In this document: one piece after another, positions 1 to 11,720 of the stretch
Layout: every line of letters starts with the position of its first letter
Position numbering within the stretch: position 1 is the first letter of the stretch
NCBI GenBank assembly: GCA_040769985.1
Contig: JAXGJZ010000005.1
Coordinates: 51,426-115,425, forward strand
Direction of reading: 5' to 3'
Length of the DNA: 64,000 nucleotides
Source of the DNA: Desulfobacterales bacterium
GTDB lineage: Bacteria; Desulfobacterota; Desulfobacteria; Desulfobacterales; JAHDSC01
The notes under the pieces: model-generated
Seen by the model: only the letters and a program-made list of their open reading frames with translations
The model's database searches: none
Told to the model about the DNA's origin: nothing
Made by a program: the position numbers and the translations under genes

Positions 1-82
1 GGCAGGACCTTTTTATGACTTCTGAAAATGAACGTTTCATTTAAAATGGGGGCACATTGAGCATTTTTAACCGTACGATCGG

Positions 83-592
83 CTACACCGTTTTATCCTC
101 CGGTTCTTTTTCCTCTGCTTCGGTCTTTTCCTGATCAACACGAACCGTTTTTTTAGCTTTTTCTTTTGCTGGTTTTTTCTTTCCGGACGCCGTCTTTTCT
201 TTTATCTTAGTATCCTTTTTCTTTTTCCGACTCTTTTCGGGCGCCGCCAGTTCCACCAGAGAAATGCTGGCCGCATCGCCGGGACGCACCCCGATCTTTA
301 CCACCCGGGTATATCCTCCGGAAATGTTTCCATAGCGGTCTACAGCCTCATCAAAAAGCTTATAGACAACCTCTTTTTCTCTAATGACGGAAAGCACCTG
401 ACGTCTTGCGTGTAGATCTCCTCTTTTCGCAAGCGTAATCATTCGATCCGCCCATCGTTTCAATTCCTTCGCTTTCGCGTCCGTCGTTCGTATACGATCA
501 TGCTTGAACAGGGATGTAACAAGGTTTCTGAACATGGCGTCCCTGTGGCTGCTTGTTCGATTCAATTTTAGACCGGCTTTGTTATGTCTCAT
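83..592 (-). CDS. rplQ: 50S ribosomal protein L17 (bL17) with a Lys/Glu-rich C-terminal tail
   Basis: 169-aa ORF. N-terminus [24 protein letters not shown] is the bL17 signature. Lies directly after rpoA. Confidence 0.95.
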   Translation of the reverse strand: MRHNKAGLKLNRTSSHRDAMFRNLVTSLFKHDRIRTTDAKAKELKRWADRMITLAKRGDLHARRQVLSVIREKEVVYKLFDEAVDRYGNISGGYTRVVKIGVRPGDAASISLVELAAPEKSRKKKKDTKIKEKTASGKKKPAKEKAKKTVRVDQEKTEAEEKEPEDKTV

Positions 593-600
593 ATGCGCAA

Positions 601-1620
601 CTACTCTCCTTCCTCTGCTTCTTCCTCAGGAGGCATAAATCCCTCAAGCTTCATCCCAAGAGAAAGGCCCATTTCACTTAAAACTTCCTTGATCTCATTC
701 AGAGACTTTCTCCCGAAATTCTTGGTCTTCAGCATTTCCGCTTCAGTTTTGGCAACGAGTTGATAAATTTTTAATATATTGGCATTTTTCAGGCAATTGG
801 CACTTCGAACCGAAAGCTCAAGTTCCTCGACGCTTCGGTAAAGATTTTCATTAAACCTCGGTTTTTGCTCTTCTTCCCCTTTTTTGGAGGGCTCAGGTTC
901 AAATTTTTCGTCGAAATTGATAAAAATACTCATCTGCTCTTTCAGAATCTTGGCCGCATAAGCAACCGCGTCTTCCGGTAATATGCTTCCGTCCGTCCAC
1001 ACCTCCAGGGTAAGTTTGTCATAATCGGTTCTTTGACCGACTCGTGCGTTACCAACCGTGTAGTTGACCCGTTGAATGGGCGAGAATACCGCATCAATCG
1101 GTATGGTTCCGATGGGAGCTTCCACATCCTTGTTTGCCTCAGCCAAAGAATACCCTTTTCCAACTTTTACGGTCATGGTCATCTTCAGATTTGCGCTGTC
1201 CGATAGGGTTGCAATATGCAAATCGGGATTGAGGATTTCGACCTTTCCATCATCGCTGGTGATCTGCCCCGCGTTCACCTCGCCCTCTCCCTTCGCATTA
1301 ATCCGAATGGTTTTCGGTTCCGGATCGGAAACCTTCAAGCGAACCTCTTTCAGGTTCAGTATAATTTCAGAGACATCTTCAAGTACACCCGGAATATAAG
1401 TAAATTCATGCATCACATCATCGAATTTAACCGAGACAATCGCCGAACCGTACAGAGAGGACAGTATGATCCGTCTTAAAGAATTCCCAATAGTTATGCC
1501 GAATCCTCTTTCAAGAGGTTCACAAACGAACTTTCCATAAGAAGGGGTACTGGTCGCCTCTACCATTTCCGGCTGTATCACTTCTTGCCAATTCATGTAC
1601 TTAAGTTCATTTGATGACAT
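601..1620 (-). CDS. rpoA: DNA-directed RNA polymerase subunit alpha
   Basis: 339 aa. NTD ([17 protein letters not shown]-like) and CTD ([16 protein letters not shown]) motifs. Canonical position after rpsD. Confidence 0.97.
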   Translation of the reverse strand: MSSNELKYMNWQEVIQPEMVEATSTPSYGKFVCEPLERGFGITIGNSLRRIILSSLYGSAIVSVKFDDVMHEFTYIPGVLEDVSEIILNLKEVRLKVSDPEPKTIRINAKGEGEVNAGQITSDDGKVEILNPDLHIATLSDSANLKMTMTVKVGKGYSLAEANKDVEAPIGTIPIDAVFSPIQRVNYTVGNARVGQRTDYDKLTLEVWTDGSILPEDAVAYAAKILKEQMSIFINFDEKFEPEPSKKGEEEQKPRFNENLYRSVEELELSVRSANCLKNANILKIYQLVAKTEAEMLKTKNFGRKSLNEIKEVLSEMGLSLGMKLEGFMPPEEEAEEGE

Positions 1621-1749
1621 TATATTTAATCTCCAGGTTTTTTTTCAGAGGAATATCGCACGGAAAAAATATACATTCAGATCTCTCAGGCACAATATGC
1701 CGATATTCATACAGATGAATGGAATACCCGGCAAACAACCTTGTGTCTG

Positions 1750-2379
1750 TTATTTCGAATATAGTTCGACGATTAGTTGTTCCTGGATGGGCATGGTCAG
1801 ATCTTCTCGGGCGGGAAAACCTTTTACAACCCCCCGCATGTTATCTTTTTCCAGGTCAAGCCACTGAGGAACACCTCGCCGAACGACTGCATCCAGCGAA
1901 TCCCCAATCGCTTGAATCGCACGGCTTTTCTCTCTCAGTTCAACCACATCGCCGATACCGATCAAGTAGGAAGGGATGTTTACCTTCTTTCCATTGACCA
2001 TAAAATGTTTATGCAGTACATATTGACGTGCCTGGGTTCTGGAATTGGCAAACCCCAAACGATAAATCACATTATCGAGCCTCCGCTCCAGAAATGTAAG
2101 TAGATTCGTACCGGTTATACCTTTTTGACGATCCGCCCTTTCAAAAAACAGACGGAATTGTTTTTCGGAAAGACCGTAAATCCTTTTTACCTTTTGTTTT
2201 TCACGCAGCTGGACCCCGTAATCCGATATCTTTCCCCGACGACGCTGGCCATGTTGGCCCGGCGCGTAACTGCGTCGATCAAAGGCGCATTTGTCGGAAT
2301 AACATCGATCTCCTTTCAGAAACAATTTTATATTTTCGCGTCGGCATAGCCGGCACACCGAACCTGTGTATCGTGCCAA
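1750..2379 (-). CDS. rpsD: 30S ribosomal protein S4 (uS4)
   Basis: 209 aa. [16 protein letters not shown]-terminus. Alpha-operon order. Confidence 0.97.
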   Translation of the reverse strand: MARYTGSVCRLCRRENIKLFLKGDRCYSDKCAFDRRSYAPGQHGQRRRGKISDYGVQLREKQKVKRIYGLSEKQFRLFFERADRQKGITGTNLLTFLERRLDNVIYRLGFANSRTQARQYVLHKHFMVNGKKVNIPSYLIGIGDVVELREKSRAIQAIGDSLDAVVRRGVPQWLDLEKDNMRGVVKGFPAREDLTMPIQEQLIVELYSK

Positions 2380-2471
2380 GTATTCCTCCCTTAACTTATT
2401 TATTTTTTTCGATTTTTATCGGTTACCCATGCCATTCGAACAACCCTTTTTCAGATACTACGGATCTGACT

Positions 2472-2858
2472 TTATACCCTCCGCCTTTTCGGAGGCCGGC
2501 AACCGTTATGGGGTATGGGGGTTACGTCCTTAATCATAAGGACATTGAATCCGGTCGCCTGCAACGCCCGGAGTGCGGATTCGCGACCGGCACCCGGCCC
2601 TTTGACGTACACCTCAACGTTTTTCATGCCTTGTTCCATCGCTTTTTTAGCGGCATCCTCTGCGGTTATCTGGGCCGCGAACGGGGTGCTCTTTCTCGAT
2701 CCCTTAAACCCCTGAACACCGGAACTCGACCACGCAATTACATTGCCGACCGGGTCGGTAATGGTAACAATGGTATTGTTGAATGTAGATTGGATATGAA
2801 CAACGCCGTTTGATATGTTCTTTTTTTCTTTCTTCTTGGTCCGGATTCTTCTTGCCAT
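2472..2858 (-). CDS. rpsK: 30S ribosomal protein S11 (uS11)
   Basis: 128 aa. [18 protein letters not shown] motif. Confidence 0.97.
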   Translation of the reverse strand: MARRIRTKKKEKKNISNGVVHIQSTFNNTIVTITDPVGNVIAWSSSGVQGFKGSRKSTPFAAQITAEDAAKKAMEQGMKNVEVYVKGPGAGRESALRALQATGFNVLMIKDVTPIPHNGCRPPKRRRV

Positions 2859-2946
2859 TTGTTAATTTCCTGTCTTCTGGTTTTTAAGCGAACTGCCTAA
2901 TGCGGCTGGATTTTTCGGAAATCTTCCGTCGATCTGCTGCGGGTAG

Positions 2947-3330
2947 TTACTTCTTCTTGGCGACACTTTTCTTTTTAACCGTGCTTCGTCTCGGTCCTTT
3001 TCGTGTTCGTGCGTTGGTGCTGGTTCGCTGGCCGCGCACGGGAAGCGCTTTTCTATGACGAAGTCCACGATAACAGCCGAGATCCATCAATCTTTTAATG
3101 TTCATGGAGACTTCGGTTCGAAGTTCACCTTCGACCTTGTATTCACCGTCGATAATCTTGCGGATATTGTTGACTTCGACCTCTGTTAAATCATCCGTCT
3201 TTGTATCCGGATCAATATTGAGCTTTGCAAGTATATTTCTGGAAATGGTCTGACCGATTCCATAAATGTAGGTCAACCCGATTTCGATCCTTTTGTTTCT
3301 CGGCAAATCTACGCCCGCAATTCTTGCCAA
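2947..3330 (-). CDS. rpsM: 30S ribosomal protein S13 (uS13), TTG start
   Basis: 127 aa, (M)[13 protein letters not shown]. Start codon reads TTG, with GGAGGG 7 nt upstream. Confidence 0.96.
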   Translation of the reverse strand: MARIAGVDLPRNKRIEIGLTYIYGIGQTISRNILAKLNIDPDTKTDDLTEVEVNNIRKIIDGEYKVEGELRTEVSMNIKRLMDLGCYRGLRHRKALPVRGQRTSTNARTRKGPRRSTVKKKSVAKKK

Positions 3331-3344
3331 TGTTTATCCCTCCT

Positions 3345-3458
3345 CTATCCTTGCCGCTGTTTGTGCCGCTTGTTTTCGCAGATAATTCGTACGACTCCTT
3401 TTCTGCGGACAATTTTGCACTTGTTGCAAATCTTTTTCACGGATGCTCTGACTTTCAT
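3345..3458 (-). CDS. rpmJ: 50S ribosomal protein L36 (bL36)
   Basis: Hand-translated 37-aa [40 protein letters not shown]. Too short for the ORF track. Confidence 0.95.
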   Translation of the reverse strand: MKVRASVKKICNKCKIVRRKGVVRIICENKRHKQRQG

Positions 3459-3521
3459 TTCGTTATCCCCTTTTAAGCGCCTGAAATTTAAATTTCAGGC
3501 ATCTTGGCTGACAAATTCTAT

Positions 3522-3740
3522 TTATTTCGACCGATAAACGATTCTGCCTCTCGACAGATCATACGGAGAAAGTTCAACCGTAACGATATCACCGGGCAAA
3601 ATTTTGATAAAATGCATACGCATCTTTCCCGAGATATGCGCGAGAACCTGATGCTTATTTTCCAACTCGACCTTGAACATCGCGTTGGGCAAAGTTTCAA
3701 CGACTTTTCCCTGCACCTTGATCGGCTCTTCCTTCGCCAT
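3522..3740 (-). CDS. infA: Translation initiation factor IF-1
   Basis: 72 aa. [35 protein letters not shown]1-like fold signature. Confidence 0.97.
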   Translation of the reverse strand: MAKEEPIKVQGKVVETLPNAMFKVELENKHQVLAHISGKMRMHFIKILPGDIVTVELSPYDLSRGRIVYRSK

Positions 3741-3748
3741 ATTCCCCC

Positions 3749-5065
3749 CTATCGTCGGCCCCTGATCCGACCCACGCCTTTTTTCAGGAAACCGTCATAG
3801 TGGCGAGTCAGCATGTGAGATTCCATCTGCGATATCGTATCAATGGCAACACCCACCACAATGAGAAGTGCCGTTCCTCCAAAGTAAAACGGCACGTTGA
3901 ACCGGGTAATTAACACCGAAGGCAGTACACATACCGCCGAAACATATATGGCGCCGCCCAAGGTGATACGGGTCAGAACCTTATCGATATAATCAGCGGT
4001 CCTCTTACCCGGTCGAATTCCGGGAATAAACCCGCCGAACTTTTTCATGTTATCCGCCACATCCGAAGGATTAAATGTCACAGCGGTGTAAAAGTAGCAA
4101 AAGAAAAATATAAATCCGACGTATAACAGTTCATAAATCACTTTGCCCGGCATCATGGCGTCTGCAACACTCTGCATCCAGGGAACTTTTATAAAACTGG
4201 CGATCGTAGCCGGGAACATGATGATGGACGACGCGAAAATCGGCGGTATCACCCCGGATGTATTGATTTTTAACGGAAGATGAGTACTTTGTCCGCCATA
4301 CATCCTTCGTCCGACAACGCGTTTCGCATATTGAACCGGTATCCGTCTTTGTCCCTGCTCGACAAAAATGATAACCCCGACAACGAGCAACATCAGAACG
4401 ATGAGAATCAGGATTGCGAATATTCCCATTTCCCCGGTGGAAAGAAGGCCGAAGGTATTTCCAATCGCATTGGGCATCCGGGCCACAATTCCTGCAAAAA
4501 TAATGAGCGAAATCCCATTCCCGATGCCACGTTCGGTGATCTGTTCACCGAGCCACATGATGAATGCGGTTCCCGCTGTCAGGGTAATTACGGTCATTAA
4601 CCTGAACTCCCAGCCCGGTTGTAGAACAACCGGAGCACCACCGGGAGAACTCATGCTTTCAAGACCGATACTGATACCGAATCCCTGTATGATACTCAGT
4701 ATCACCGTCCCGTAACGTGTATACTGGGTAATCTTTTTGCGACCCTGCTCACCTTCCTTTGATAAACGCTCAAGATGCGGTATAACAACCGTTAACAGTT
4801 GCAGGATAATGGAAGCGCTGATGTACGGCATGATACCCAAGGCAAAAACAGACAGTCTTTCAAGGGCGCCCCCCGAAAACATATCAAACAAACCCAGCAA
4901 GGTTCCTTTCGCCTGTGCGAAAAAAGAGGCTAGTGCAACGGTGTCTATACCCGGCGTCGGAACGTGCACCCCAATTCGATACACGCTCAAGAGTACAAAT
5001 GTATAAATGATTCTTTTTTTTAGTTCAGGTATTTTAAATACGTTTTGGAACCCGCCGACAACCAT
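3749..5065 (-). CDS. secY: Preprotein translocase subunit SecY
   Basis: 438 aa, polytopic membrane protein with typical SecY motifs. Follows rplO. Confidence 0.97.
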   Translation of the reverse strand: MVVGGFQNVFKIPELKKRIIYTFVLLSVYRIGVHVPTPGIDTVALASFFAQAKGTLLGLFDMFSGGALERLSVFALGIMPYISASIILQLLTVVIPHLERLSKEGEQGRKKITQYTRYGTVILSIIQGFGISIGLESMSSPGGAPVVLQPGWEFRLMTVITLTAGTAFIMWLGEQITERGIGNGISLIIFAGIVARMPNAIGNTFGLLSTGEMGIFAILILIVLMLLVVGVIIFVEQGQRRIPVQYAKRVVGRRMYGGQSTHLPLKINTSGVIPPIFASSIIMFPATIASFIKVPWMQSVADAMMPGKVIYELLYVGFIFFFCYFYTAVTFNPSDVADNMKKFGGFIPGIRPGKRTADYIDKVLTRITLGGAIYVSAVCVLPSVLITRFNVPFYFGGTALLIVVGVAIDTISQMESHMLTRHYDGFLKKGVGRIRGRR

Positions 5066-5067
5066 AA

Positions 5068-5508
5068 TTATATCGCCTCAACCTTACCCCCGGCAGCCTC
5101 AACCTTCATCCGTGCGGTCTTGCTAACGCAATGAATTTTAACGGTGACCGGAAATTTGATCTCACCGTGACCCAGCAGCTTTATGCCCTCTCTTTGTCCT
5201 TTCACGAGACCGGCTCGAATCAGTGCCGCTTCATCCACGGTAGTTCCGCTTTCAAATCTCGAAAGGTCCCGGATATTGATGATTGACAGGCTTTTTTTGA
5301 AAATGTTTGTAAAGCCGCGCTTGGGCAACCGACGGTGTATCGGCATCTGCCCTCCCTCAAACCCGGGGCGCACACCCCCTCCGCTGCGGCTCTTATGCCC
5401 TTTTGAGCCTCTTCCGGCAGTTTTGCCGTTTCCGGACGCGACTCCCCTTCCCAGACGCTTTCGGGATTTGCCGGAGCCCTTTCCCGGAGATAGTTCATTC
5501 AACTTCAT
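5068..5508 (-). CDS. rplO: 50S ribosomal protein L15 (uL15)
   Basis: 146 aa. Gly/Arg/Lys-rich N-terminus. spc-operon position. Confidence 0.95.
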   Translation of the reverse strand: MKLNELSPGKGSGKSRKRLGRGVASGNGKTAGRGSKGHKSRSGGGVRPGFEGGQMPIHRRLPKRGFTNIFKKSLSIINIRDLSRFESGTTVDEAALIRAGLVKGQREGIKLLGHGEIKFPVTVKIHCVSKTARMKVEAAGGKVEAI

Positions 5509-5692
5509 TCATCTTCTCCTCAGCCCTTACTAAATGAGAAACAGTCCTGATCATCCCTCTTGTACTTGCGGTATCTTCAAGTTCAACGGTTCGGTTGAGC
5601 TTGGTCAAACCCATGCCGCGCAATACTCTTCGGTGCTTTTCCGGCTTTCCGATCATGCTTTTTACAAGCGTTATTTTCAGTATGCCCGTCAT
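5495..5692 (-). CDS. rpmD: 50S ribosomal protein L30 (uL30)
   Basis: 65 aa. LKITLVKSMIGKPEKHRRVLRGMGL motif. 14-nt overlap with rplO. Confidence 0.93.
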   Translation of the reverse strand: MTGILKITLVKSMIGKPEKHRRVLRGMGLTKLNRTVELEDTASTRGMIRTVSHLVRAEEKMNEVE

Positions 5693-5707
5693 TTATCTTT
5701 TCCTTGC

Positions 5708-6202
5708 TTATAAATCTTCCCCACGAATCCCACGCCTGGAAGCCACCTGTTCACGGCTCCGAAGCTGTTTAAGCCCCATTATGGTCGCTTTTACCACGTT
5801 ATGCGGATTACTTGATCCGATGCATTTGGTAAGAATATTCTGAATCCCGGCGGCCTCAAGCACCGCTCGGACCGCCCCGCCGGCAATAACACCGGTGCCT
5901 TTAGCGGCCGGCTTTAACAGAACTCTTCCGGCTCCGAATCTGCCAATAATTGTATAGGGAATTGTCCCTTCCACCAGCGGAACTTTAACCATCGCTTTTT
6001 TGGCTTTGTCCACACCCTTGCGAATCGCTTCGGGAACTTCTCCGGCTTTGCCGAGTCCGAACCCGACGCCACCTTCGCCGTCACCTACTACAACGATGGC
6101 ACTGAAACTGAAACGTCGACCCCCTTTTACGACTTTTGCCACCCGGCTAATGTGGACCACCTTGTCAATTAATTCACTTTCGCCTTTATCTTGTTTGAAC
6201 AA
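5708..6202 (-). CDS. rpsE: 30S ribosomal protein S5 (uS5)
   Basis: 164 aa. [24 protein letters not shown] motif. Confidence 0.97.
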   Translation of the reverse strand: MFKQDKGESELIDKVVHISRVAKVVKGGRRFSFSAIVVVGDGEGGVGFGLGKAGEVPEAIRKGVDKAKKAMVKVPLVEGTIPYTIIGRFGAGRVLLKPAAKGTGVIAGGAVRAVLEAAGIQNILTKCIGSSNPHNVVKATIMGLKQLRSREQVASRRGIRGEDL

Positions 6203-6229
6203 GGTTCTGTCTCCTTCAATTTGAAATAA

Positions 6230-6598
6230 TTAAAATTCCAATCCCGCTTCGCGAGCACCATCGGAAACCGCTTTCACCCGCCCGTGATATAAAAAGCCGT
6301 TCCGGTCAAATATCACCTGTTTGACCCCTTTTTCGACGGCTCTCTCGGCCAGAAGCTTACCCACAAAGTGTGCAAGCGTTACTTTATTATCGAATTTGGG
6401 ATGCTCTTTGACCGCATTTTCCAAACTCGAGGCCGCGACAAGAGTATGACCGGAGGTGTCATCGATCACTTGGGCATAAATATGTCGCGAACTCCTAAAT
6501 ACACTCAGTCTCGGTCTTTGTTCCGTTCCGGACAATTTCTTCCGGATCCTTCTTTTTCTTTTTGATCGTGCTTCCTTTTTTATTTCTGAAGAACCCAT
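6230..6598 (-). CDS. rplR: 50S ribosomal protein L18 (uL18)
   Basis: ORF 6230..6637. The likely start is the internal ATG at 6598 ([21 protein letters not shown]), giving 122 aa. [20 protein letters not shown] motif. Confidence 0.93.
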   Translation of the reverse strand: MGSSEIKKEARSKRKRRIRKKLSGTEQRPRLSVFRSSRHIYAQVIDDTSGHTLVAASSLENAVKEHPKFDNKVTLAHFVGKLLAERAVEKGVKQVIFDRNGFLYHGRVKAVSDGAREAGLEF

Positions 6599-6673
6599 AA
6601 CTAATATATCCTTACTTACAGGAATTAAAGGCCGCAAAATTTCTCGGCGCCTTGATCCTTATTTCGTCAATCC

Positions 6674-7213
6674 TTATTTGGTCCCTGTTTTTCCGGCTTT
6701 CCTCCGAATACTCTCTTCCGAATATTTGATCCCCTTTCCCTTATAAGATTCAGGGGGTCTTAATCTTCGGATCGCCGATGCCGTATGCCCCAGCATTTCT
6801 TTGTCAATCCCGGAGAGTTTGATGATTGTATTTTTTTCGATAGCCGCTGAAACACCCTTTGGAAGATCAAAGTTGATCGGATGCGAGTATCCGAGGCTGA
6901 ATTTAATCGCATTGCCGGTCAGTTCGGCCCGATACCCGATACCGTTGATTTCCAGAACCCTTTGAAAGCCCTCGCTGACGCCTTTTATCATATTTGCCAA
7001 GAGACTTCGAGTCAACCCTTGAAACGCCCGACTGTTCTTGTCTTCCTTGAGGTTGATGATACGCAGTAGTCCATCTTCCAAATTTAGTTCAACGGCAGGA
7101 TGAATTTGTCGGCTCAGGATCCCTTTTTCACCCTGTACGGTAATCATCCGGTCCTTGTAAGATACTTTCACCTTATCCGGAATTGTAATCGGTTTCTTCC
7201 CTACTCGAGACAT
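6674..7213 (-). CDS. rplF: 50S ribosomal protein L6 (uL6)
   Basis: 179 aa. MSRVGKKPITIP N-terminus. Confidence 0.97.
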   Translation of the reverse strand: MSRVGKKPITIPDKVKVSYKDRMITVQGEKGILSRQIHPAVELNLEDGLLRIINLKEDKNSRAFQGLTRSLLANMIKGVSEGFQRVLEINGIGYRAELTGNAIKFSLGYSHPINFDLPKGVSAAIEKNTIIKLSGIDKEMLGHTASAIRRLRPPESYKGKGIKYSEESIRRKAGKTGTK

Positions 7214-7228
7214 TGATTTCTCCTCACA

Positions 7229-7627
7229 CTACCATATATTGCAGAGAATTTCGCCCCCCAGATTCTCTTTTCTGGCCTGATGGTCCGTTATGATTCCCTT
7301 GGATGTCGATAAAATGGAAATTCCCATCCCGTTTAAAACCGGCTCGATGTCCTTGCTCTTCACATAGATCCGCCGACTCGGTTTACTGATTCGCCGAAGA
7401 CCGTAAATTGCATTTTCCTGCCCCGGACCATATTTGAGATAAACGCGCAAGATGCCCTGTTTGTTGTCTTTGATGAATTTATAGCCCTTGATATAGCCTT
7501 CATCCTTTAATACCATAGCCAAAGCGGTTTTCAGTTTTGAACCGGGTATATCGATACTGCTGAACTTCGCCTTCCCGGCATTTCTGATTCGAGTCAACAT
7601 ATCCGCGATTGGGTCGATTGTCGCCAT
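7229..7627 (-). CDS. rpsH: 30S ribosomal protein S8 (uS8)
   Basis: 132 aa. DPIADMLTRIRNA motif. Confidence 0.97.
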   Translation of the reverse strand: MATIDPIADMLTRIRNAGKAKFSSIDIPGSKLKTALAMVLKDEGYIKGYKFIKDNKQGILRVYLKYGPGQENAIYGLRRISKPSRRIYVKSKDIEPVLNGMGISILSTSKGIITDHQARKENLGGEILCNIW

Positions 7628-7700
7628 TGTTTTCTCCGTTATTCCTATTACTATTTTAAAAATTGATGGATTTAGGGTCTTTTTATTACCGGTTAAGATT

Positions 7701-7886
7701 TTACCAGCTTGATTTGATCACTCCTGGAAGCCTGCCTTGCGAGGCGAGGTCGCGAAAACAGATACGACAAATTCCAAATTTTCTCATAAAAGCTCTCGGC
7801 CTGCCGCAAATGGGGCAGCGATTGTATGACCTGGCTTTATACTTTGGGGCTCGCATTGCCTTGATTCTGAGAGATTTTTTTGCCAA
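7701..7886 (-). CDS. rpsN: 30S ribosomal protein S14, zinc-binding type Z (61 aa), TTG start
   Basis: The ORF track gives 7701..7934. The conserved (M)AKKSLRIKA start maps to TTG at 7886 behind [25 protein letters not shown] Cys motif. Confidence 0.9.
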   Translation of the reverse strand: MAKKSLRIKAMRAPKYKARSYNRCPICGRPRAFMRKFGICRICFRDLASQGRLPGVIKSSW

Positions 7887-7911
7887 CTCGTCCTCCTCCA
7901 CAATAAATTCA

Positions 7912-8451
7912 TTAACTTCTGAACGGCATGCCAAGCAGCTTAAGAAGTTCTTTTCCTTCTTCGTCCGTCTTTGCGGTTGTAATAATGGATATATTCAGCC
8001 CTTTAATCTTATCAATTTTATCATAATCGATCTCGGGAAAAATAATATGCTCCTTAACCCCGAGGGTGTAATTTCCCCGACCATCCAGCGCTTTCCCTGA
8101 AACCCCCCTGAAGTCCCGAACACGCGGAAGAGCAACGTTCACCAGCTTGTAATAAAAGTCGAACATTCTTTCGTGACGAAGGGTCACCATGCACCCGATC
8201 GGCATTCCTTCCCTCAACTTGAAGGCGGCGATAGATTTTTTTGCCCGGGTAATAACAGGTTTTTGCCCGGAAATTGCCTTCAGCTCTTCAACGGCCGAAT
8301 CCATCACCTTTATATTTTGAATGGCTTCGCCAAGGCCCATGTTGAGAACAATTTTTACAAGCTTCGGAACCTGCATCCTGTTCTTATATTGAAAGGTTTC
8401 AGCTAATCGAGGTGCAACCTCTTTTTCATAGTAAGTTTTCAATTGTGACAT
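7912..8451 (-). CDS. rplE: 50S ribosomal protein L5 (uL5)
   Basis: ORF 7912..8457. The second ATG (8451) has better spacing to [23 protein letters not shown] motif. Confidence 0.95.
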   Translation of the reverse strand: MSQLKTYYEKEVAPRLAETFQYKNRMQVPKLVKIVLNMGLGEAIQNIKVMDSAVEELKAISGQKPVITRAKKSIAAFKLREGMPIGCMVTLRHERMFDFYYKLVNVALPRVRDFRGVSGKALDGRGNYTLGVKEHIIFPEIDYDKIDKIKGLNISIITTAKTDEEGKELLKLLGMPFRS

Positions 8452-8472
8452 TATCATCCTCCGGCGTAAGAT

Positions 8473-8802
8473 CTAAGCCTCAATTAACTCGCCGCATTTT
8501 CTGCAAACCCGCACCTTTTTTCCGTCTTCCAGGTCCTTCATTTTAATACGAACCGGTTTCATGCACTTGTTGCACATCAACATCACGTTGGAAAAATGAA
8601 TCGGAGCCTCTTTCTCGATAATACCTCCCTGCCGACTTTTGCCCGAAGGTTTCGAATGGCGTTTAATGATGTTGATGTTTTCAACAAGAACGCGGTTGCT
8701 TTTCTTGACGACCTTAATCACCTTGCCGATCTTACCGCGGTCCTTGCCGGTTATAATTTTTACTTTATCGTCTTTTTTTAAATGACCGATTGTTTTCTTC
8801 AT
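8473..8802 (-). CDS. rplX: 50S ribosomal protein L24 (uL24)
   Basis: ORF 8473..8823. Likely start at [24 protein letters not shown] (KOW motif). Confidence 0.93.
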   Translation of the reverse strand: MKKTIGHLKKDDKVKIITGKDRGKIGKVIKVVKKSNRVLVENINIIKRHSKPSGKSRQGGIIEKEAPIHFSNVMLMCNKCMKPVRIKMKDLEDGKKVRVCRKCGELIEA

Positions 8803-8842
8803 ACCCGATTCTCCATTGGGCAACCAAAAAGCTAATACACGC

Positions 8843-9211
8843 TTAAATAACTTCCGGTGCTAGCGAAATGATTTTCATGAATCTTTTGGCTCGCAGCTCC
8901 CTGGCTACAGGCCCGAATATTCGAGTTCCGATGGGCTCCCTGCCGGCGGTGATCAATACCGCTGAATTGTCATCAAATCTTATGTAGGATCCATCCGGCC
9001 TTCTGATTTCTTTTTTGGTGCGAACCACGACGGCCTTCATGACGTCTCCCTTTTTAACCTTTGCATTGGGTATCGCTTCCTTGATCGAAACAACAATGAT
9101 ATCCCCCACGCTGGCATAACGCCGCTGGGCTCCCCCGAGAACCTTGATGCAATATAAAACCTTCGCCCCGGAATTATCCGCTACCGTCAATCTAGTTTCT
9201 GTCTGAATCAT
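8843..9211 (-). CDS. rplN: 50S ribosomal protein L14 (uL14)
   Basis: 122 aa. [18 protein letters not shown]-terminus. Confidence 0.98.
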   Translation of the reverse strand: MIQTETRLTVADNSGAKVLYCIKVLGGAQRRYASVGDIIVVSIKEAIPNAKVKKGDVMKAVVVRTKKEIRRPDGSYIRFDDNSAVLITAGREPIGTRIFGPVARELRAKRFMKIISLAPEVI

Positions 9212-9229
9212 TTCCCTTTTCCTCTGAAA

Positions 9230-9487
9230 TCAAACTGCTTTTTCCAGTATCCGGGCGACGCGCCACCTCTTGGTCCTGCTGAGCGGTCTTGATTCGCTGA
9301 TCAATACCTTGTCGCCGATTTGACATTCGTTATTTTCATCGTGGGCAGCGTACTTTCCTCTTCTTCTGACATACTTTTGGTAAAATCGATCCTTTACCAA
9401 CCGCTCAACCACGACGATGACGGTTTTATCCATTTTGTTGCTCACAACGGTTCCAAATACTTGTCGATTTATTCCTCGTTTTTCCAT
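9230..9487 (-). CDS. rpsQ: 30S ribosomal protein S17 (uS17)
   Basis: 85 aa. GTVVSNKMDKTVIVVVER motif. Confidence 0.96.
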   Translation of the reverse strand: MEKRGINRQVFGTVVSNKMDKTVIVVVERLVKDRFYQKYVRRRGKYAAHDENNECQIGDKVLISESRPLSRTKRWRVARILEKAV

Positions 9488-9495
9488 GGCAGCTA

Positions 9496-9705
9496 CTATT
9501 CTTCACCTTTTTGTTTTTTAACGGCAGACTCGTTGAGTATGGTTGCTATTCGTGCGATATCTCTCTTTGTTTGCTTCATCTTGCCGGGGTTTTCGAGCTG
9601 GCCGATTGCATGCTGAAAACGAAGATTAAAAAGCTCCTGTTTAAGATCGGTCATTTTCCGCTTTTTTTCTTCCATGCTCATTTCTCTGATTTCGCTTGCT
9701 TTCAT
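9496..9705 (-). CDS. rpmC: 50S ribosomal protein L29 (uL29)
   Basis: 69 aa. ELFNLRFQHAIGQLENP motif. Confidence 0.95.
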   Translation of the reverse strand: MKASEIREMSMEEKKRKMTDLKQELFNLRFQHAIGQLENPGKMKQTKRDIARIATILNESAVKKQKGEE

Positions 9706-10121
9706 TAGATTACTTCACCCCTCTCAACAAATCTTGTTTTCACCGGGAGCTTGCTCGAAGCAAGCTTGAGAGCTTCCCGTGCCAGTTCCTTGGGAACGCC
9801 TTCCATCTCGTAAAGGATTCTTCCCGGACGAACAATCGCTTCCCAGCCTTCAGGGGGTCCTTTGCCTTTCCCCATTCGGACTTCCGCCGGTTTTTTCGTG
9901 AAAGGCTTGTCCGGAAATATCCGAATCCACATCTTGCCTCCTCTGCGGACATGTCGGGTCATGGCAATACGACCGGCTTCAATCTGCTTGGAACTGATCG
10001 CACCGCATTCCACCGCCTGCAGGCCGAATTCTCCGAAATTCAGCGTGCTTCCGCGACGAGCCACTCCCTTCATTCTTCCTTTCTGCTGTTTTCGAAATTT
10101 CACCTTCTTTGGACTCAGCAT
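9705..10121 (-). CDS. rplP: 50S ribosomal protein L16 (uL16)
   Basis: 138 aa. [20 protein letters not shown]-terminus. Confidence 0.98.
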   Translation of the reverse strand: MLSPKKVKFRKQQKGRMKGVARRGSTLNFGEFGLQAVECGAISSKQIEAGRIAMTRHVRRGGKMWIRIFPDKPFTKKPAEVRMGKGKGPPEGWEAIVRPGRILYEMEGVPKELAREALKLASSKLPVKTRFVERGEVI

Positions 10122-10241
10122 GCCCTTGATCTCCTATCCTGCGGTACGGGTTACAAAATTTTTATTCGATCGGAACGGCCATCCTTCGATTCCACAATTT
10201 CGACATCCTTTTCCTCAATTGACCGTGAAACCCGGAACCGG

Positions 10242-10895
10242 CTATTTTCTTTCCATTTCAATTTGATCCTGCTTTAAAATTTCACCTTTAAAAACAAAGA
10301 CCTTAACACCGACAATTCCGTATGTCGTAGCGGCCTCTGTAAAGCCGTAATCAATATCCGCCCGAAGCGTGTGAAGAGGTACCCGTCCTTCTCTGTACCA
10401 TTCGGTTCTGGCCATTTCCGCCCCCCCCAAACGTCCGGAGCATATAATCTTCACTCCCTGGGCGCCAAACCGAATTGCGGATGAAACACCACGTTTCATG
10501 GCACGGCGAAACGCCACCCGACGGGTAATCTGCAACGCCACATTTTCAGCAACCAGTTGAGCATCGATCTCCGGTTTTCTGACCTCTTGAATATCAATCA
10601 GAACTTCTCTGGATATAAATTTTTCCAGTTCGTTCTTAAGCTGGGCGATTTCCGCGCCCTTTTTCCCGATAACAATCCCCGGTCTTGCCGTATATATTCG
10701 GAGCCTGACTCGCTTGGGCGACCTTTCGATCTCAATCCTGGAAACACCAGCGTGGTATAGTTTCTTCTTGATAAACTTCCGGAGATTGTAATCTTCGAGA
10801 ATGTAATCAGCATAATTCTTACCGGAATACCACCGTGATTCCCAAGTTTTAACGATTCTCAACCTCAATCCTATCGGATTTACTTTCTGGCCCAA
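10242..10895 (-). CDS. rpsC: 30S ribosomal protein S3 (uS3)
   Basis: 217 aa. [13 protein letters not shown]-terminus and KH domain. Confidence 0.98.
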   Translation of the reverse strand: MGQKVNPIGLRLRIVKTWESRWYSGKNYADYILEDYNLRKFIKKKLYHAGVSRIEIERSPKRVRLRIYTARPGIVIGKKGAEIAQLKNELEKFISREVLIDIQEVRKPEIDAQLVAENVALQITRRVAFRRAMKRGVSSAIRFGAQGVKIICSGRLGGAEMARTEWYREGRVPLHTLRADIDYGFTEAATTYGIVGVKVFVFKGEILKQDQIEMERK

Positions 10896-10908
10896 GCTTT
10901 TACCTCCT

Positions 10909-11250
10909 TTATGACAACGAATCTTCAGCTAAGATGACAGTAATATGAGCAGTCCTTTTCAAAATCCTTGCTCCTCTTCCCCGTGCTCTGGCTCTGAAAC
11001 GTTTCAGCATGGGCCCGGGATCGACCATTATATTGCGGATAACCAGTGAATCGACGTCCATGTCGGGTTTCTGATCGGCGTTGGCTACAGCGGAACGAAC
11101 GACCTTTTCCACGATTCCAGCCGCCTTCTGCGGCATAAATTTCAATTTATCAAGAGCTGCCTCGACCGGCTTCCCCTTTACCGCATCAATCAACATGCGA
11201 ACCTTCTGGGGTGAAATACGAACATACCTTGATACAGCTTTAGCCTCCAT
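10909..11250 (-). CDS. rplV: 50S ribosomal protein L22 (uL22)
   Basis: 113 aa. [20 protein letters not shown] motif. Confidence 0.96.
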   Translation of the reverse strand: MEAKAVSRYVRISPQKVRMLIDAVKGKPVEAALDKLKFMPQKAAGIVEKVVRSAVANADQKPDMDVDSLVIRNIMVDPGPMLKRFRARARGRGARILKRTAHITVILAEDSLS

Positions 11251-11398
11251 TACTGTTACTTCCTTTTTCCTTTATTTACGGATTCGTCGCAAGTCCGATT
11301 TCCGAGATGTTATGCATTTATTGTCATGCGTTTTGCGCTCGCCGTTTTTGCAATTATGCCTTTCTCATGTCGGTCTTTTTCGATATCGTCGGTTTTAC

Positions 11399-11677
11399 TT
11401 ATTTCAATTTCGATTTCTTGTCTCCGGCATGCCCGTAAAACGTTCGAGTGGGTGAAAATTCACCGAGCTTATGACCCACCATGTTTTCTGTAACAAAAAC
11501 CGGAATAAATTTTTTTCCATTATGAACAGCCAGTGTCGTTCCAACCATTTCAGGAATAATCGTTGACCGTCTGGACCAAGTCTTGATGACCCTGCTGATT
11601 CGAGCATCTTGGGCCGTCATAACTTTCTTCAACAGCTTTGGCTCAATGTAAGGACCTTTTTTTAGCGACCGAGGCAT
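11399..11677 (-). CDS. rpsS: 30S ribosomal protein S19 (uS19)
   Basis: 92 aa. [20 protein letters not shown]-terminus. Confidence 0.98.
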   Translation of the reverse strand: MPRSLKKGPYIEPKLLKKVMTAQDARISRVIKTWSRRSTIIPEMVGTTLAVHNGKKFIPVFVTENMVGHKLGEFSPTRTFYGHAGDKKSKLK

Positions 11678-11720
11678 ATAATAAATACTCCTAATGCTGT
11701 TTTAGTGACCTTTATTTCTT

